From: an uncultured cyanobacterium
Lineage (GTDB): Bacteria; Cyanobacteriota; Cyanobacteriia; Cyanobacteriales; Cyanobacteriaceae
Assembly: GCA_963749915.1 (NCBI GenBank)
Contig: CAVVOP010000022.1
Coordinates: 224,001 to 288,000, forward strand
Length of the DNA stretch: 64,000 nt
Direction: 5' to 3'
Shown here: positions 62,844 to 64,000 of the stretch, one piece after another
Layout of the letters: each line of letters opens with the position of its first letter
How positions within the stretch are numbered: the stretch's first letter is position 1
The notes under the pieces: model-generated
The model's database searches: none
What the model saw: the letters and a program-made list of their open reading frames with translations, nothing else
What the model was told of the DNA's origin: nothing
Made by a program: the position numbers and the translations under genes

Positions 62844-64000
62844 TCAAGAAAATAGAATTAATTTTTTGTGGTTAAAACTACGATTTAACAAACTAAATTG
62901 TGACTGTAAATAGTCCAAGTTGGGGGTTATATTTCCATAACGCCATTGTACGTAACTATTAGTAATTAATAGCACAATTTCCACTTTTTCTCGGTTTAAA
63001 AAGTCAGTTAAACTGTGGGCATATTCTAAGGGAGTTTGTGTTGATTTTTTTTCGTACCCTTTATAGGCTAACAAGTCTAACATTTCTCGATAGATTTTTT
63101 CTACAGGATTAAGTTTAGCTAACCGCAGAAGATATAATAATCTTTTAGCAAAATTCCAGCCTAACCAACTAATAAAAGCAAGGATAATTAAGCCTAAAAA
63201 TCCCATCAAAATACCGACAAAACTTCCGGTTAAAAATTGCCATAGTTTGGTTAACCACCCTGCACCAAAAAGATTAGTAATAGTATTAAATATTTTGCTA
63301 AATAAAGTAGTAATAAAGCTGGTTATAGGAGATGGCAACCAACTGGCGATCCAACTCCACAATTGCCCTAAAACCCCGAAGGTATTATCATCTTCAAAAG
63401 ATGGTGGTATGATTTCATGACCGGGTAAAGGATCAAAATAATGCCATCCAGAATTGGGAAAATAAACTTCTGCCATGGCATGGGCATCGGTGTTGTGTAC
63501 CACATAATAACCTGTAAAGGGGTTGAATTGTCCACTGGCAAAACCCACGACTAAACGGCTAGGAATATCAAGAGCTCGCAACATCATCGTGTAAACTGTA
63601 GCAAAGTGGTCTGGATATCCCCCTTGATTTTTAAAGAATGCTAAAATTAAATCTTCTCCTTCTTCTAGTAGAGGTATTGTTGGTTGAATTTGATAGTTTT
63701 GTTTGATAGCTTGAGCTAAATATAAGGCTTTTTCATAGTTAGATTCTAAATTATTGGGAGATTTGGCTAATAATTCCTCGGCTTTTAGTCTTACTTTCTC
63801 TTTTATCTCCCTAGGAATTTCTAAATAATATTCACTGATGGATTTGGGATAATTACTTCCAGCTTTTTCTAAATTTGCTTGACTTCGATAGGGTACTTGT
63901 GATATAGCAGTATATGTTAAACCTTCAATTAATCCGGTGGGCGATCGCAAACTACCCTCATTATCTAAAGCAATTTGTTCCGTGGGAAAGTAAAGAAATT
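62844..64000 (-). CDS. transglutaminase-like (TgpA/DUF3488-DUF4129) membrane protein, 5' end outside the window
   Basis: GYPDHFAT, SRLVVGF..G, AHAMAEVYFP..GW..FDP, QTPLEYA. Confidence 0.85.
   Translation of the reverse strand, partial: FLYFPTEQIALDNEGSLRSPTGLIEGLTYTAISQVPYRSQANLEKAGSNYPKSISEYYLEIPREIKEKVRLKAEELLAKSPNNLESNYEKALYLAQAIKQNYQIQPTIPLLEEGEDLILAFFKNQGGYPDHFATVYTMMLRALDIPSRLVVGFASGQFNPFTGYYVVHNTDAHAMAEVYFPNSGWHYFDPLPGHEIIPPSFEDDNTFGVLGQLWSWIASWLPSPITSFITTLFSKIFNTITNLFGAGWLTKLWQFLTGSFVGILMGFLGLIILAFISWLGWNFAKRLLYLLRLAKLNPVEKIYREMLDLLAYKGYEKKSTQTPLEYAHSLTDFLNREKVEIVLLITNSYVQWRYGNITPNLDYLQSQFSLLNRSFNHKKLILFS

Overview
AT-rich chromosomal window from a unicellular cyanobacterium (frequent HIP1 GCGATCGC octamers, heptamer STRR repeats, cpcG, ndhL, nrtABCD, atpDC). 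It is mostly housekeeping: panD, cobT, phoU, cobI, trpA, ndhL, rqcH, glmM, pyrC, mltA, nrtABCD, pgm, cpcG, folE, atpD/atpC, purE, cysK, tRNA-Leu(GAG), tRNA-Cys(GCA) and a probable 6S RNA. The most striking accessory feature is at 8680-11174. A GmrSD-type (DUF262/DUF1524) nuclease gene has the full anatomy of an integron gene cassette (72-bp attC overlapping its stop codon, matching GTTATGT core at its 5' end). No integrase is present in the window, and the cassette sits inside a pair of 35-bp terminal inverted repeats, suggesting a MITE-like vehicle carrying a defence cassette. Other notable items are a circularly permuted Spherulin-4/GH135 domain inserted into an RTX protein with 213-bp tandem repeats and a frameshift, an MscS-DEP fusion, a structured leader ahead of a MshEN-repeat protein, a PilP-like lipoprotein, an AIM24 triplet with an M48 protease, a run of six secreted-protein genes, and TnpB and ISL3 remnants. 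All family calls come from motif recognition by eye; no database searches were run.
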